From contig JACPNE010000004.1 of the NCBI GenBank assembly GCA_016185615.1, positions 4,625 through 68,624 of the forward strand: 64,000 nt of DNA, given 5' to 3'. Shown here piece after piece: positions 19,450 to 29,485 of this stretch (within the stretch, counting starts at the first letter, position 1; every line of letters begins with the position of its first letter). The notes beneath the pieces were generated by a model. It was not told the DNA's origin and searched no databases. It was given only the letters and a program-made list of their open reading frames with translations. The translations under genes were made by a program, and so were the position numbers. The stretch is from Candidatus Woesearchaeota archaeon. GTDB lineage: Archaea > Nanobdellota > Nanobdellia > SCGC-AAA011-G17 > JACPNG01.

Positions 19450-19719
19450 TTATTTTTTAGGAGCTATTCTTTTTAGTTCCTCATAGCTTACAGCCCCACA
19501 AACCCATTTCTTAGTCTCTTCATTAAAAAAGAATGGAACTCCGCCACATTTTCCATTATCATATTTTTCCATCTTTCTTTTATTCTCTTCATTGTGCCAT
19601 ACTTCTAATTTTTCAACTTTAATGTTAAATTCTTTTTCTAATTTCTTGACTAAAGGTTCCATTTCTTTGCAATGGGGGCATTCAGTTCCTGTGAACATTA
19701 TTATAGACATAGCTATCAC
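19450..19719 (-). CDS. glutaredoxin/thioredoxin-like protein (CPHC)
   Basis: Carries the FTGTECPHCKE active-site motif in an 89-aa protein. It ends 2 nt upstream of the E1 alpha start. Confidence 0.65.
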   Translation of the reverse strand: MIAMSIIMFTGTECPHCKEMEPLVKKLEKEFNIKVEKLEVWHNEENKRKMEKYDNGKCGGVPFFFNEETKKWVCGAVSYEELKRIAPKK

Positions 19720-19852
19720 CTCTCTTAATTTAAAAACTGTTTATTACTTTAAAAATTTAATGATTAATATATTAAACATTCATTTTGTATAAAAACATAA
19801 AAAAAGAATATGATAAAAACCTATATAAATGGAAATATACCATTAAATCGTA

Positions 19853-20716
19853 ATGGTACTAGAGTCGTTGATAGGGCCGGTTAAAGCAGAAAAAAAATTC
19901 TGGGAACTATTTTTCTTCGGCATTTTCTATTCATCAATTGCTGCTATTCTATCATTATGGATATTCAAAGATCAATCAAGCTTAATTGTTGTATTTCTAA
20001 CTGTGTTTGCAACAATCCCCTTAATGTATAAAACTATGAAATATGAAGAAAGTAAAGATTTGGTTATACAGGGAGAGTTTAATCTACTAAAAGCCCATAG
20101 CAAAGCATTGCTTTTTTTCATGTTTCTATTTTTTGGAATTGTTGTATCTTTCTCTTTATGGTATACTTTTCTGCCAGAAGAGCTAGGAAGTTCATTATTC
20201 TCAACCCAAGTAAAGACAATAGAATCAATAAACGCCCAATTAATCAAGGCAGGAATTTCAAGCTCTACAATATACGAAGATTTTTTCATACAGATCCTTA
20301 CTAATAATGTTAAAGTTTTATTGTTTAGCATATTTTTTGCATTTTTCTATGGTGCTGGAGCAATATTTATACTTACATGGAATGCCTCTGTAATCGGAAG
20401 CGCAATAGGAATTTTTGTAAGAAAAACTATTGGAGAGGTAGCTACTAATTTCGGATTGTCAAATATTGCAAGTTATTTCCATGTTATATCTCTTGGAACA
20501 TTGAGATATATGACACACGGTACATTTGAGATATTAGCTTATTTCATAGGTGGATTAGCCGGAAGTCTAATATCTGTTGCAATGATAAGGCATAGCTTGG
20601 AAAGTAGAGAATTTAAGCACGTCCTTATAGATTCAATGGATTTGGTTATAATCGCTGTTGGAATATTGGTTTTTGCTGCTTTTATTGAAGTCTATGTAAC
20701 CCCAGCAATATTCTAA
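19853..20716 (+). CDS. multi-pass membrane protein (possibly SpoIIM/DUF95-like)
   Basis: About six TM helices. Family assignment is from memory of topology only. Confidence 0.4.
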   Translation: MVLESLIGPVKAEKKFWELFFFGIFYSSIAAILSLWIFKDQSSLIVVFLTVFATIPLMYKTMKYEESKDLVIQGEFNLLKAHSKALLFFMFLFFGIVVSFSLWYTFLPEELGSSLFSTQVKTIESINAQLIKAGISSSTIYEDFFIQILTNNVKVLLFSIFFAFFYGAGAIFILTWNASVIGSAIGIFVRKTIGEVATNFGLSNIASYFHVISLGTLRYMTHGTFEILAYFIGGLAGSLISVAMIRHSLESREFKHVLIDSMDLVIIAVGILVFAAFIEVYVTPAIF

Positions 20717-20753
20717 AAGTAAGATTTTTAAATAGATTAATCAACCCAAAAAG

Positions 20754-21356
20754 ATGAAACCTTCTATAATAAGAAGAGATAATGCTAAATTTTATAGAAA
20801 TAAAAAGACATTAACTATTATACTTGGATTATTTATTATTGGTACAATGGTTCTTAGTATGTTCGCTTACTCTGGAAGTTATAGTTCTGGAGAAAATTAT
20901 TATGATTATAATGGATATAAATTTATCCAGACAGAAAACGGATTCCTCACTTATATTGATAAAAATCCAATTGAATTTAATTTCGGTCCCCAAGAGGTTG
21001 AATATCTGCAAGCTACTGTAGATTTAAGAAGCCAGAATTTTAATTCCCTTGATAAAGTGTATTTAAGTTTTAGCCCAAGTGATAATTTGTATTCTGTTGT
21101 CAAAGAATTCGTAAGATTTATTCCATTAAATCAAAATTACATTATCTCTTGTCCTTCAGATATAGCCGGATGCGAGAATCTTCCTATAAAGACATGTGAA
21201 GATGCAAATGATAAAGTTGGGGTAATCCAATTTGAGTTATCTGATAAAACAGAAATGATAACAAAAGATACATGCATGACTGTTAAGGGAACCCAGCTTT
21301 CGATGATAATGTTGATAGATAAGATAGCATTAATAAATTTAGGGGTAATGAAATGA
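20754..21356 (+). CDS. membrane-anchored secreted protein, tandem paralog A
   Basis: N-terminal TM. The C-terminal region (VGVIQFELSDKTEMITKDTCMTVKGTQ) is alignable with the next ORF. Confidence 0.5.
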   Translation: MKPSIIRRDNAKFYRNKKTLTIILGLFIIGTMVLSMFAYSGSYSSGENYYDYNGYKFIQTENGFLTYIDKNPIEFNFGPQEVEYLQATVDLRSQNFNSLDKVYLSFSPSDNLYSVVKEFVRFIPLNQNYIISCPSDIAGCENLPIKTCEDANDKVGVIQFELSDKTEMITKDTCMTVKGTQLSMIMLIDKIALINLGVMK

Positions 21357-21904
21357 AAAAAATAATTACATTATTAATTATTATGTTTATTACAGCTAGC
21401 TGTACTTTTTTTACTGAAGCTCCTGGAACATATAAATATGGAGAATTTGAGATTACTAGGGTAAAAGAAGGTGGCTATGAAGGATATTCAACAAAAGTAT
21501 ATATCAATGAAAGTCCTGCCCCAACATATATGAATACAAGACATGATCCACAGAGTTTAGAGGATATTAAAATTGGGAATGGAGTAAGAGAGAATTTACT
21601 TACAAAAGAAGAATTATTTTTATACATAGAAGATAAAAACTTAAAAGGATTTACAACTGTAGCTGGATTGGAATTCAATAACTTAATGGAAAGATTTTAT
21701 AGCATTCCTGTAAAATATGAAGATAATAAATATTCATGTAATAATGCTAACGAAACTATTGGTGTTGTTAAACTTCAATTAGGAGATGAAACAAAAGTAT
21801 TTGTTGAGGATAATTGCGTTGTTTTACAAGGACAGACTGAGCAAGATTTAGTAAGATCTGCTGATAGGGTGATGTTCTTCCTATTGGGAATAATGAAAGG
21901 ATAA
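21353..21904 (+). CDS. lipoprotein-like secreted protein, tandem paralog B
   Basis: Signal peptide with ...ITASC. The C-terminal IGVVKLQLGDETKVFVEDNCVVLQGQT is homologous to paralog A. It overlaps paralog A by 4 nt. Confidence 0.5.
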   Translation: MKKIITLLIIMFITASCTFFTEAPGTYKYGEFEITRVKEGGYEGYSTKVYINESPAPTYMNTRHDPQSLEDIKIGNGVRENLLTKEELFLYIEDKNLKGFTTVAGLEFNNLMERFYSIPVKYEDNKYSCNNANETIGVVKLQLGDETKVFVEDNCVVLQGQTEQDLVRSADRVMFFLLGIMKG

Positions 21905-21905
21905 G

Positions 21906-22061
21906 ATGAAAGACCCAATACCGAAAAAACTGTATGAAATTCTGGCTTGTCCTGTTTGTAAATCGGATATTAAATATAATAAGGATAAGATATCATTAGT
22001 ATGTTTAAAATGCGACAAGAATTATAATATAAAAAATGGAATTCCAATTTTATTGCCTTAA
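21906..22061 (+). CDS. Trm112-like zinc-ribbon protein (51 aa)
   Basis: Carries the LYEILACPVCKS...LVCLKCDKNYNIKNGIPILLP pattern typical of the Trm112/UPF0434 family. It is under 60 aa and so absent from the ORF track. Confidence 0.55.
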   Translation: MKDPIPKKLYEILACPVCKSDIKYNKDKISLVCLKCDKNYNIKNGIPILLP

Positions 22062-23953
22062 TTTGACACTTTGGAAAATATTTCTCTTAGTATATTAGTA
22101 TCAATCCCAAAATTATTTGGATTTATATTCGCAATATTGCTTGATAATTTATATTCTGAATCAAATTTAATATCATCTGGATTGTTTACAAGAAGATTAT
22201 TCTGTCCAAATGTGCTGTAAAGTCCTATATCTATGCCAGCAGGAGATGGCCATGTTCCTATAATGATATTTCCCTTAAATTCTCCCCCAGGAAAATAATC
22301 TAAAGCGCTATCTCCAGATCCTTTGCCTGAGCCGAAGATTCCATAGTCATTATGATACGCTATATTATTTATAAATTTAAATCCTTCATTTAATCCTTGG
22401 TCAGCAATTAAGATTGATCCTTTATTTATCATAGTATTATGATCAAAAGTAATATCTCTTGTTGGTCCCAATATCTGAATCATCTTGCTGTTTCGTTCTC
22501 CAAATTCATCACCCCCAATATTATCAAACAGATTATTCTCTATTAATATATTATTTGTCATTTTGCTTTCTGCATTATCATCTTCTCCAAGTATGTTAAT
22601 CACAGCAGCAGAATTCCTAACTATATTATTCCTAAATTTAACATCTTCAACAACAGTCCATGGGGCATCATTATCTTGGTTTCTCGGAGTAAAAACTATT
22701 GCAAAACCATTCTGTGCATCAGCCCAGTTATTCTCGAATATATTATCTTCTATAACAACATCTCTTGCATTTTTCAGTTCAAGTAGATTCTTAATAGTCC
22801 AGCTGCTTCCATCATAACTATTGCTATGTTTATTCCATTTCATTGGCTTAGAAAAATAGTTTTCCTTAATTTTTATATTGCTTGGAACTAGATTGTTTGA
22901 ACCGGGGGATGCTCCTCCAAATAAGATATTTTCTCCAGATCCCTCTATATAATTGTTTATAATTTTATAATCTCCAGGACCGCTCCATCCAGCAATCGCT
23001 TGTGTATCTTCTCCAATTCCTTTCCAGTCAGAAATATATGAATCTCTAATCTCAGTTGATCTTGAATTTAATGCTATTCCCCTTTTTCCTCCGTTATTTG
23101 GGTCTCCATGAATATATGATTTCTCTATTATTATATTATAAGGGATTTCATCATTGTCTCCAAGGACTATTAATCCAAAAGAATATGAATTTGAAGAAGG
23201 TAAAAATTCTACCCCGCATATAATAAAATTATGTGCTCCCCCTTCTGTTTTTAATGCTGGCTGGGAGTTTGGACTTATAATTTTTGGCATATTATCTCTG
23301 TCTTCCGGATTTACTCTATTATTTGGCAGTTTATAAATTTCTGAAGAGATTATAGCAACCCATCCATCTCCCTCTTTTTTTGGAAGTATAAAATTCCCTT
23401 CATAATATTTTCCAGCCTCAAGTTCTATTATATCCCCAAAATTTGAATTATCCAATGCTTTCTGCAAATCTTCATTTTCTCTTACTATAATTTTATTATT
23501 TAAGTTGAATTCTTCCAAACCACAATTAAGGTTATTCTTTTTATCATCATTTATACTCATAATCTTGTTTGAATCACTCAAATCATTAGAAATGTAATTT
23601 ACGTTTACTGCTCCTGAATCTTCATTATAATTTTTATTATTACTATTGTCATGATTTGATCTTGAAGTTTCCCTTCTATCAACTAAAAATGTATTTTCAT
23701 TTATTGATTTTGTATTAACTCTTGGATAGCTTTGTTTAAAGTTATCTTCAAGATTTTCCATAACAATAACAGATGACTTGTTTGGTTTGCTCAATATCAA
23801 AACCAAGCCGGCTGTTACTACAAGTAAAATTACTCCTATTAGAAGGCTAATTCTAAATAGGGAGTTATTATTAAACTTCATTTTACCCCCAAAAAGATTA
23901 AGAAAGTAAGTGGAGTATAAAAAGTCTCTGAAACTATTTGTCAGATGTAGCAA
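22058..23953 (-). CDS. right-handed parallel beta-helix repeat protein, membrane-anchored/secreted
   Basis: N-terminal TM, then repeated Asn/Gly-rich beta-helix-like segments (NNIVRNS, NNLFDNIGG, NNIAYHN). Confidence 0.6.
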   Translation of the reverse strand: MLHLTNSFRDFLYSTYFLNLFGGKMKFNNNSLFRISLLIGVILLVVTAGLVLILSKPNKSSVIVMENLEDNFKQSYPRVNTKSINENTFLVDRRETSRSNHDNSNNKNYNEDSGAVNVNYISNDLSDSNKIMSINDDKKNNLNCGLEEFNLNNKIIVRENEDLQKALDNSNFGDIIELEAGKYYEGNFILPKKEGDGWVAIISSEIYKLPNNRVNPEDRDNMPKIISPNSQPALKTEGGAHNFIICGVEFLPSSNSYSFGLIVLGDNDEIPYNIIIEKSYIHGDPNNGGKRGIALNSRSTEIRDSYISDWKGIGEDTQAIAGWSGPGDYKIINNYIEGSGENILFGGASPGSNNLVPSNIKIKENYFSKPMKWNKHSNSYDGSSWTIKNLLELKNARDVVIEDNIFENNWADAQNGFAIVFTPRNQDNDAPWTVVEDVKFRNNIVRNSAAVINILGEDDNAESKMTNNILIENNLFDNIGGDEFGERNSKMIQILGPTRDITFDHNTMINKGSILIADQGLNEGFKFINNIAYHNDYGIFGSGKGSGDSALDYFPGGEFKGNIIIGTWPSPAGIDIGLYSTFGQNNLLVNNPDDIKFDSEYKLSSNIANINPNNFGIDTNILREIFSKVSN

Positions 23954-24001
23954 CTTTTATAAAGTAAAACTTAAATTTCTAGTTTAGAGTCTAGAAGAAA
24001 T

Positions 24002-24115
24002 GCCGGGATCGCATAACCTGGTATTGCACTGATTCTTGATGATAAATTATCAAGAAGTGTAAGCCTTGAGAGCCAGGTCTTTCGGGACATCTGGGTTCGA
24101 ATCCCAGTCCCGGCG
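24002..24115 (+). tRNA. intron-containing tRNA (114 nt); isotype unresolved, simplest reading is anticodon CUU (Lys) with an intron of about 42 nt after position 37
   Basis: Acceptor GCCGGGA/TCCCGGC, D-loop AACCTGGTA, and T-arm CTGGG-TTCGAAT-CCCAG all fit a tRNA. About 40 extra nt lie in the anticodon region, including a perfect 8-bp hairpin at 24033-24040/24049-24056. Confidence 0.7.
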
Positions 24116-24183
24116 AATCTAGAATTCTAATTATAATATTACATTCTAAGAAAACTTAAATATAATTTGTTTATTTTAGTTAA

Positions 24184-24483
24184 ATGGCTGTAGTGACTAA
24201 GAGTATAGAAAAAACAGCACAAGAAATAATTCTAGAAAGTTTTTTATCTGGATTAATAGAGAAAAGAACCATTGAAGGGATATGTAAAGAAAGAGGCATT
24301 CGTAATCCCGAAGAGATTGAAAGATATAGGCAACAAGCAAAGGAAATTGCTGGGAATGGGGTTATATTATATGAAGGCAGATTAAAAGTCCTTTCAGAAG
24401 ATAGAAATGGATATTATTCATTAAAGGAAGCATCTAAACTTAGGAAAATAATGCATTATTTAGGAAGAATAATTAGGATATAA
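24184..24483 (+). CDS. hypothetical protein (99 aa)
   Basis: ORF adjacent to the tRNA, with no motif recognised. Confidence 0.35.
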   Translation: MAVVTKSIEKTAQEIILESFLSGLIEKRTIEGICKERGIRNPEEIERYRQQAKEIAGNGVILYEGRLKVLSEDRNGYYSLKEASKLRKIMHYLGRIIRI

Positions 24484-24815
24484 AAATACAGATTAAGACT
24501 GAAGAACTTGAATATCTTTTGGTTTAAATATCCTAACCCTTTGAAGCCAATCATCTCTTCCAGAAGATTTAGGTGTTTTATATATTCACTCATTGGAACT
24601 AACTCTCCATTAGGTAAGTATAAACTATAGTTTTTTGGTAATTCTTTAAGACTACTAGAAGTTGAATCTGCTTCTTCATGAGAGATAGGACTCATTTGAG
24701 CAAGAACTTCTAAATCAGAAGAAACCTCTCTGAACTGTTCTTGTGTGAAACCAAAGCTTAATGATTCTCCTCGCCCATGCCAACTAACAATATCAAATCT
24801 ATAATGAGTTCCCAT
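24456..24815 (-). CDS. hypothetical protein (119 aa)
   Basis: ORF only. It converges on and overlaps the previous ORF by 28 nt. Confidence 0.3.
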   Translation of the reverse strand: MGTHYRFDIVSWHGRGESLSFGFTQEQFREVSSDLEVLAQMSPISHEEADSTSSSLKELPKNYSLYLPNGELVPMSEYIKHLNLLEEMIGFKGLGYLNQKIFKFFSLNLYFYILIILPK

Positions 24816-24820
24816 TCTTC

Positions 24821-25543
24821 CTACAAAAACAATCTTCTTATCTTTCTTTTTATAAATCTCCTATTCCAGACTAAAACTAGTATAATAATAACCCCTAAAA
24901 TAGTCCATATCCAGTTATCAGCTAACCTATCAACTATTCTTGGCTTATTTGTATTTTCAATAGTTGATGCTTCTTCTGCTCCTTCTTCCTCAGCAACTGC
25001 ATTGTTTGAATTCTTGAATAAATTATTAAATAACACTTTTATCTTATCAATGAAGCTATTTTGTTTCTCATTTGATTGTGTTCTTCCAAATAATTGTACT
25101 TTTCCTGTCTTTTCTTCATCATTTATCCTTTCAAAGCTGAATGTAACTCTCTTATCTTCTATTTTATCTAATCTAAGGCTTAAGTCATCTAGGCTATCCC
25201 TGTCAAAATCAAGCTTTATTATATTATTAAATCCTAAATCAAAATATTGTGGGGTTTCAGCCCCTTCTATGAAAATTGTCAATCTTACAAAATTATTAGT
25301 ATTTCCTATCTCTCTAACCATAACCTTATGCTCTTTTTCAGTTAACTCATAGTTTATCTCACCTTGAGCATACTTATCCAAATCATACTCTCTGTAAGGA
25401 ACTGAAAATCTAATTATGTCTCTTTCATTTATTGTTATCAAGGCTTTATTCTCATCATTAAATTCCAAAGCATGAATCTGTGCTGCAAATGATAGAGATA
25501 TATTTAACAGTAAAAGAACAACTAAAACAATAAGTTTTCTCAT
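24821..25543 (-). CDS. secreted protein with C-terminal TM anchor, hypothetical
   Basis: Signal peptide (LIVLVVLLLLNISLSFAAQ) and a C-terminal helix followed by an RRFIKRKIRR tail. Confidence 0.5.
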   Translation of the reverse strand: MRKLIVLVVLLLLNISLSFAAQIHALEFNDENKALITINERDIIRFSVPYREYDLDKYAQGEINYELTEKEHKVMVREIGNTNNFVRLTIFIEGAETPQYFDLGFNNIIKLDFDRDSLDDLSLRLDKIEDKRVTFSFERINDEEKTGKVQLFGRTQSNEKQNSFIDKIKVLFNNLFKNSNNAVAEEEGAEEASTIENTNKPRIVDRLADNWIWTILGVIIILVLVWNRRFIKRKIRRLFL

Positions 25544-25624
25544 GATTTTATGCTGTTAAGTTGTACTTATAAACATTTAGAAATTGGAAAATATATAAAT
25601 TAATATAAAAAATAGAAGAAAAAT

Positions 25625-28078
25625 CTATTTCTTCTGCATAAAGTAGTATCCTGCCAATAATAGCAAGATTAATACTATTACTACAACAGTTATGGTTGTT
25701 GTAAGGCTTCTTCCAGTGCTTACTGGCTCTGGAGATACTTCCCCTTCTGGAGAAACAGTCTCTTGTGCCTCTGCTGCAGCTGCCTCTTCCTCTTCCACAA
25801 CTACCTTAGCTCCTTCCTCTATCTTCTTTATTGTTATGTCTGCTGTTCCATTATAGACGCTGTTTAATGTCACTTCTACATCATCTAATCCGTCATTGTT
25901 TACATCTACTTTTCTTGATTCTCCAACATTTAATACAAATGTCTGAGGATCTGAAGCTATTGTTATTGTTGCTGCTGTATCAGATAATGAATCTACCTTT
26001 AATGTATGTGTTGTTGATCCATCAAAGCTGAATGTCCTTGTTGAACCTTCTGCTACTTGTACAGCTGCTTCAGTTGTTGCTTCTTGTGAAAAGTCTACAT
26101 CAAAGCTTACAGTAGTTCCACTGGATGATCCTCCTCCACCGCCTCCGCCACTTCCACCAGCTGATGCTGAGTAGAGTACGCTAAATGATGATGTTGAAGT
26201 CTTTGTATTTCCAACATTATCTGTTGTTTTACATTCAATGCTATAACTTCCAGCCTCACTAGTATCAGTTGAACTGAATGTTAATGCTGTAGTTGATGAT
26301 GTTGAAGTCTTTGTAACAGTAGTTCCACTTGGCTTTGTTATTGTTGCTTTGTAATTAGCAACCCCGCTTTGTGTATCTGCTCCGCCACAAGTATAGCTTA
26401 TTGAATCTCCTGGACCTATTGAAGTATCACTTGGTGCTGTTAATGTTGCTGTTGGTTGAGTACCATCTATTATATATGAGTATGGTCCTGCAATCATAGC
26501 ATATCGTGTATCAGTTTTGTTAATACCACCAACACCATCATCTTCTCTTACAGACGAGTTTACTAGAAGTGCAAATCTTACTGTATTTGAAGCATTTCCA
26601 CTAAAGTCATTTCCTGCAGTTATAACTGCTGGTTGTTTGCTATTATCTAATGTTCCTGTTTTATTATCTATATTTGGAATTATAATACTAGCTTCAACAT
26701 CTGCAACATAACCGTTTGTTCCCAAATCTAATGCCCCTGTAGTATTATATACTAATACTACATCTGTTAGGTTTATATCTGCTCCTGTAAACTCTATATT
26801 AAATGTGTGATTTCCTTCTGCTAAATACTCTCCACTTGAGGTAGTTACTGTATTTGTATCATCAGTTACATTGACTTTATAGACTGTTGGTGTTCCATCT
26901 CCAGTTCCATTAACTGAGAAGATGAATGGATCTCCTGTTGCTGATCCATTAACAGTTACTATATTACCGAATGTATCATTTAATATAAGTGCTAAAGTTA
27001 CTGTTACAGCTTCATTTGAGGTACATGTATTATCAACTATGCCTGTATAAGCAACTGTATTAGTTGCAACTTGTAGACTTGATGTTCCTGCTCCCCTTAT
27101 TGATTGGTATGAATGATTTGTTAATCCGCTTGGAACAAAGAATGCTCCCCCAAGATCACCATCTAAAGCAGTTGATACATTAGATCCATCAGTTGTACAG
27201 TTATAGTATAACAATACTGTATCAATACTATCTTCCTGTACTTGTAATGTAACTGTTAAATTTGTTGCATTACTCAAATAGTTACTTAAATATCCAGTAT
27301 CATTTAATGGGAATAGTAATGGTGCTACTCCTGCTTCTGTCTGATTTAATAATGTTGTATTTCCATCTGTTATGTTTATATCTACTAATCTTGGACCCAC
27401 TCCATCTATTGTTAAATTGAGTATTGTTGTGTTTGAAAATCCAGCAGCAAATACTGAATCATTTGCAGTCTGTAATTGAATCTGAGCTATCTCTTCACTT
27501 AATACAGTTCCACCACTACCGCCACCTGTAACATTAATCATTAGTATTAATGTGGTATTTGCTCCTGCACCTAAAACATCTACACTAGATGCTAATTCAC
27601 CAACATCATCTGCAGTACTACATCTGATTACATCATCTCCTGCACCATTAGTCATATTAAAACAACCCCATGTTGTAGTAGCTCCTCCAGAGCCATATGA
27701 AGTTACATTACTTAAATTGTCTACTCCCCCTATTAGATCTACAGTTGAGTTTTGATCAATCTGTTCAAAACCTAAAGTAATTGGATTTATAAAATACTTA
27801 AAACTATAATTACCAACTGGTAAAGTAAGATTAAAACTTGTAATGTTATAACTTGGTCCATCTGTATTTGCTACAATTGTAATATTTATTGTTTCTTCTT
27901 CTCCACCCTTAGTTCCATTATTATGACCATCAGAACCACCATATGCTATTATAGCAGTATTATCATAATCCAATGTAGCAACAGAGAAAAACGCATTATA
28001 AACCACAAAACTTATTGAAAACAAAACTAAAGCTAAAAATAATATTTTAATATCAGAGAATCCCCCTTTTTTGTCCAT
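25625..28078 (-). CDS. S-layer-like surface glycoprotein candidate (817 aa)
   Basis: N-terminal signal/TM, and an ectodomain dominated by Thr/Ser/Asn/Gly with very many NxT/S sequons. A poly-Gly/Ser linker (GGSGGGGGGGSSSG) is followed by an acidic Glu/Ala stretch. The C-terminus is a Pro/Ser/Thr spacer plus TM and a basic QKK tail. Confidence 0.65.
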   Translation of the reverse strand: MDKKGGFSDIKILFLALVLFSISFVVYNAFFSVATLDYDNTAIIAYGGSDGHNNGTKGGEEETINITIVANTDGPSYNITSFNLTLPVGNYSFKYFINPITLGFEQIDQNSTVDLIGGVDNLSNVTSYGSGGATTTWGCFNMTNGAGDDVIRCSTADDVGELASSVDVLGAGANTTLILMINVTGGGSGGTVLSEEIAQIQLQTANDSVFAAGFSNTTILNLTIDGVGPRLVDINITDGNTTLLNQTEAGVAPLLFPLNDTGYLSNYLSNATNLTVTLQVQEDSIDTVLLYYNCTTDGSNVSTALDGDLGGAFFVPSGLTNHSYQSIRGAGTSSLQVATNTVAYTGIVDNTCTSNEAVTVTLALILNDTFGNIVTVNGSATGDPFIFSVNGTGDGTPTVYKVNVTDDTNTVTTSSGEYLAEGNHTFNIEFTGADINLTDVVLVYNTTGALDLGTNGYVADVEASIIIPNIDNKTGTLDNSKQPAVITAGNDFSGNASNTVRFALLVNSSVREDDGVGGINKTDTRYAMIAGPYSYIIDGTQPTATLTAPSDTSIGPGDSISYTCGGADTQSGVANYKATITKPSGTTVTKTSTSSTTALTFSSTDTSEAGSYSIECKTTDNVGNTKTSTSSFSVLYSASAGGSGGGGGGGSSSGTTVSFDVDFSQEATTEAAVQVAEGSTRTFSFDGSTTHTLKVDSLSDTAATITIASDPQTFVLNVGESRKVDVNNDGLDDVEVTLNSVYNGTADITIKKIEEGAKVVVEEEEAAAAEAQETVSPEGEVSPEPVSTGRSLTTTITVVVIVLILLLLAGYYFMQKK

Positions 28079-28219
28079 TTAAAACATTCCCCCTTTTATT
28101 TTAATATAATTATAATTCATATTTAGTTGTTAGAGTAATAAGACATATATAAATATTTCTATAAATCAATTGTATTAATCATATTAATTTTAGAGTAACA
28201 ATTTTTAAGTGATAAATAA

Positions 28220-29005
28220 TTATAATCTAGAAGTTTTTATTTCTTCCTTGCAATAACAGTCCCAATCCTTTATTTTAGGAATAACATTAATTAGTATCTG
28301 TTTAACTTTTTCAGAATTGTTCTTCATTATTCTAAGGATTATTTCAGTAGTTACTTTTTCTTCGCTTTGATGCCAGCAGTCATAATCCGTTGACATAGCT
28401 ATGGGCTGATAACAAATTCCAGCTTCCCTAGCTAATACTGCTTCTGGCACAGTAGTCATATTAATAGTATCGCAACCCCAACTTCTGAACAATTTGGATT
28501 CTGCTTTTGTGCTAAATCTGGGTCCTTCAATAGTAACCATTGTCCCTTTTTCATGATAAGGATAATTTAATTCCTTGGCTGTCTCAACTAATAATTTCCT
28601 TATTTTGTTACAGAAAGGCTCTGCCATTGAGATATGGCATACTTCTACTCCTTCATAGAATGTTTGATGTCTTTTAGTTGTCCTGTCTATAAATTGGTCA
28701 ATAAAAACTAAATCTCCTGGTTTAATCTCTTCCCTTAAAGAGCCACAAGCTGTAGGAGCTATAATATGTGTAACCCTTAATTCCTTCATTGCATAGATGT
28801 TTGCCCTATAATTAACATTGCTAGGATAGATTCTATGGGAATCTCCATGTCTTGGAATAACAACAACATCTACTCCCTTAACCTTTCCCGTCATAACTAA
28901 GTCTGATGTTGAGCCATAAGGGGTATGTACTTTAATTTTCTTAGAATCTTGCATTATTTCTGGGTTATCAATTCCAGATCCTCCGATAATGCCTACCTTA
29001 ACCAT
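28220..29005 (-). CDS. mtnP: 5'-methylthioadenosine/purine nucleoside phosphorylase
   Basis: Carries [11 protein letters not shown], and the PNP family phosphate- and purine-binding segments. Confidence 0.8.
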   Translation of the reverse strand: MVKVGIIGGSGIDNPEIMQDSKKIKVHTPYGSTSDLVMTGKVKGVDVVVIPRHGDSHRIYPSNVNYRANIYAMKELRVTHIIAPTACGSLREEIKPGDLVFIDQFIDRTTKRHQTFYEGVEVCHISMAEPFCNKIRKLLVETAKELNYPYHEKGTMVTIEGPRFSTKAESKLFRSWGCDTINMTTVPEAVLAREAGICYQPIAMSTDYDCWHQSEEKVTTEIILRIMKNNSEKVKQILINVIPKIKDWDCYCKEEIKTSRL

Positions 29006-29056
29006 AACTTTTCAATCCAGATAAAATTTAAATAAGTTTCCATAGACAATTATGAA

Positions 29057-29485
29057 ATGAAATACTTATTTGTTATTATTGGAATCATAGGATTAATATT
29101 AATGTCAATATTTTCATTAACACAGTATAATAATTATTTTCCTGCTATCAAGGATCTCGAAAAATATCCGGAAAAATATGATGGGGTATTAACAGAGCAA
29201 TATGGAAAAATTGAAGAGATAAGAGAAGACGGTTTCATCTTGGCATTGGGAAATGAAAAAATATTTGTTAAATCAGCTAATGTAAGAAAGCCAATATATG
29301 GAACTGTTTCTGTTGTCGGAATATTCCATAAAGAAGGTTTCATTGAGTTAAAAGACATTCACTATTTTGATTACAATACTACAAAGTATGTAATCTCAAT
29401 TATTGGATTGATAATATTTCTTGTTATATTTTTTAAAGAATGGAAAATAACTTCAAGAGGGTTTAAATATGCCAGACTGGATTAG
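29057..29485 (+). CDS. hypothetical two-TM protein
   Basis: N- and C-terminal hydrophobic helices flank a soluble core. Confidence 0.35.
   Translation: MKYLFVIIGIIGLILMSIFSLTQYNNYFPAIKDLEKYPEKYDGVLTEQYGKIEEIREDGFILALGNEKIFVKSANVRKPIYGTVSVVGIFHKEGFIELKDIHYFDYNTTKYVISIIGLIIFLVIFFKEWKITSRGFKYARLD

Noticed and set aside
23954-24183. Possible integrated element at the tRNA (tRNA genes are common integration sites)
   Set aside because: No integrase, recombinase, direct repeat of the tRNA 3' end, or phage-like gene was found in the flanking 5 kb. Only small unassigned ORFs are present.
26120-26175. Short GGTGGAGG-type tandem repetition, checked as a possible CRISPR or microsatellite
   Set aside because: It is in frame within the 25625-28078 gene and encodes the poly-Gly/Ser hinge. 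There is no spacer-repeat periodicity and no cas genes anywhere in the window.
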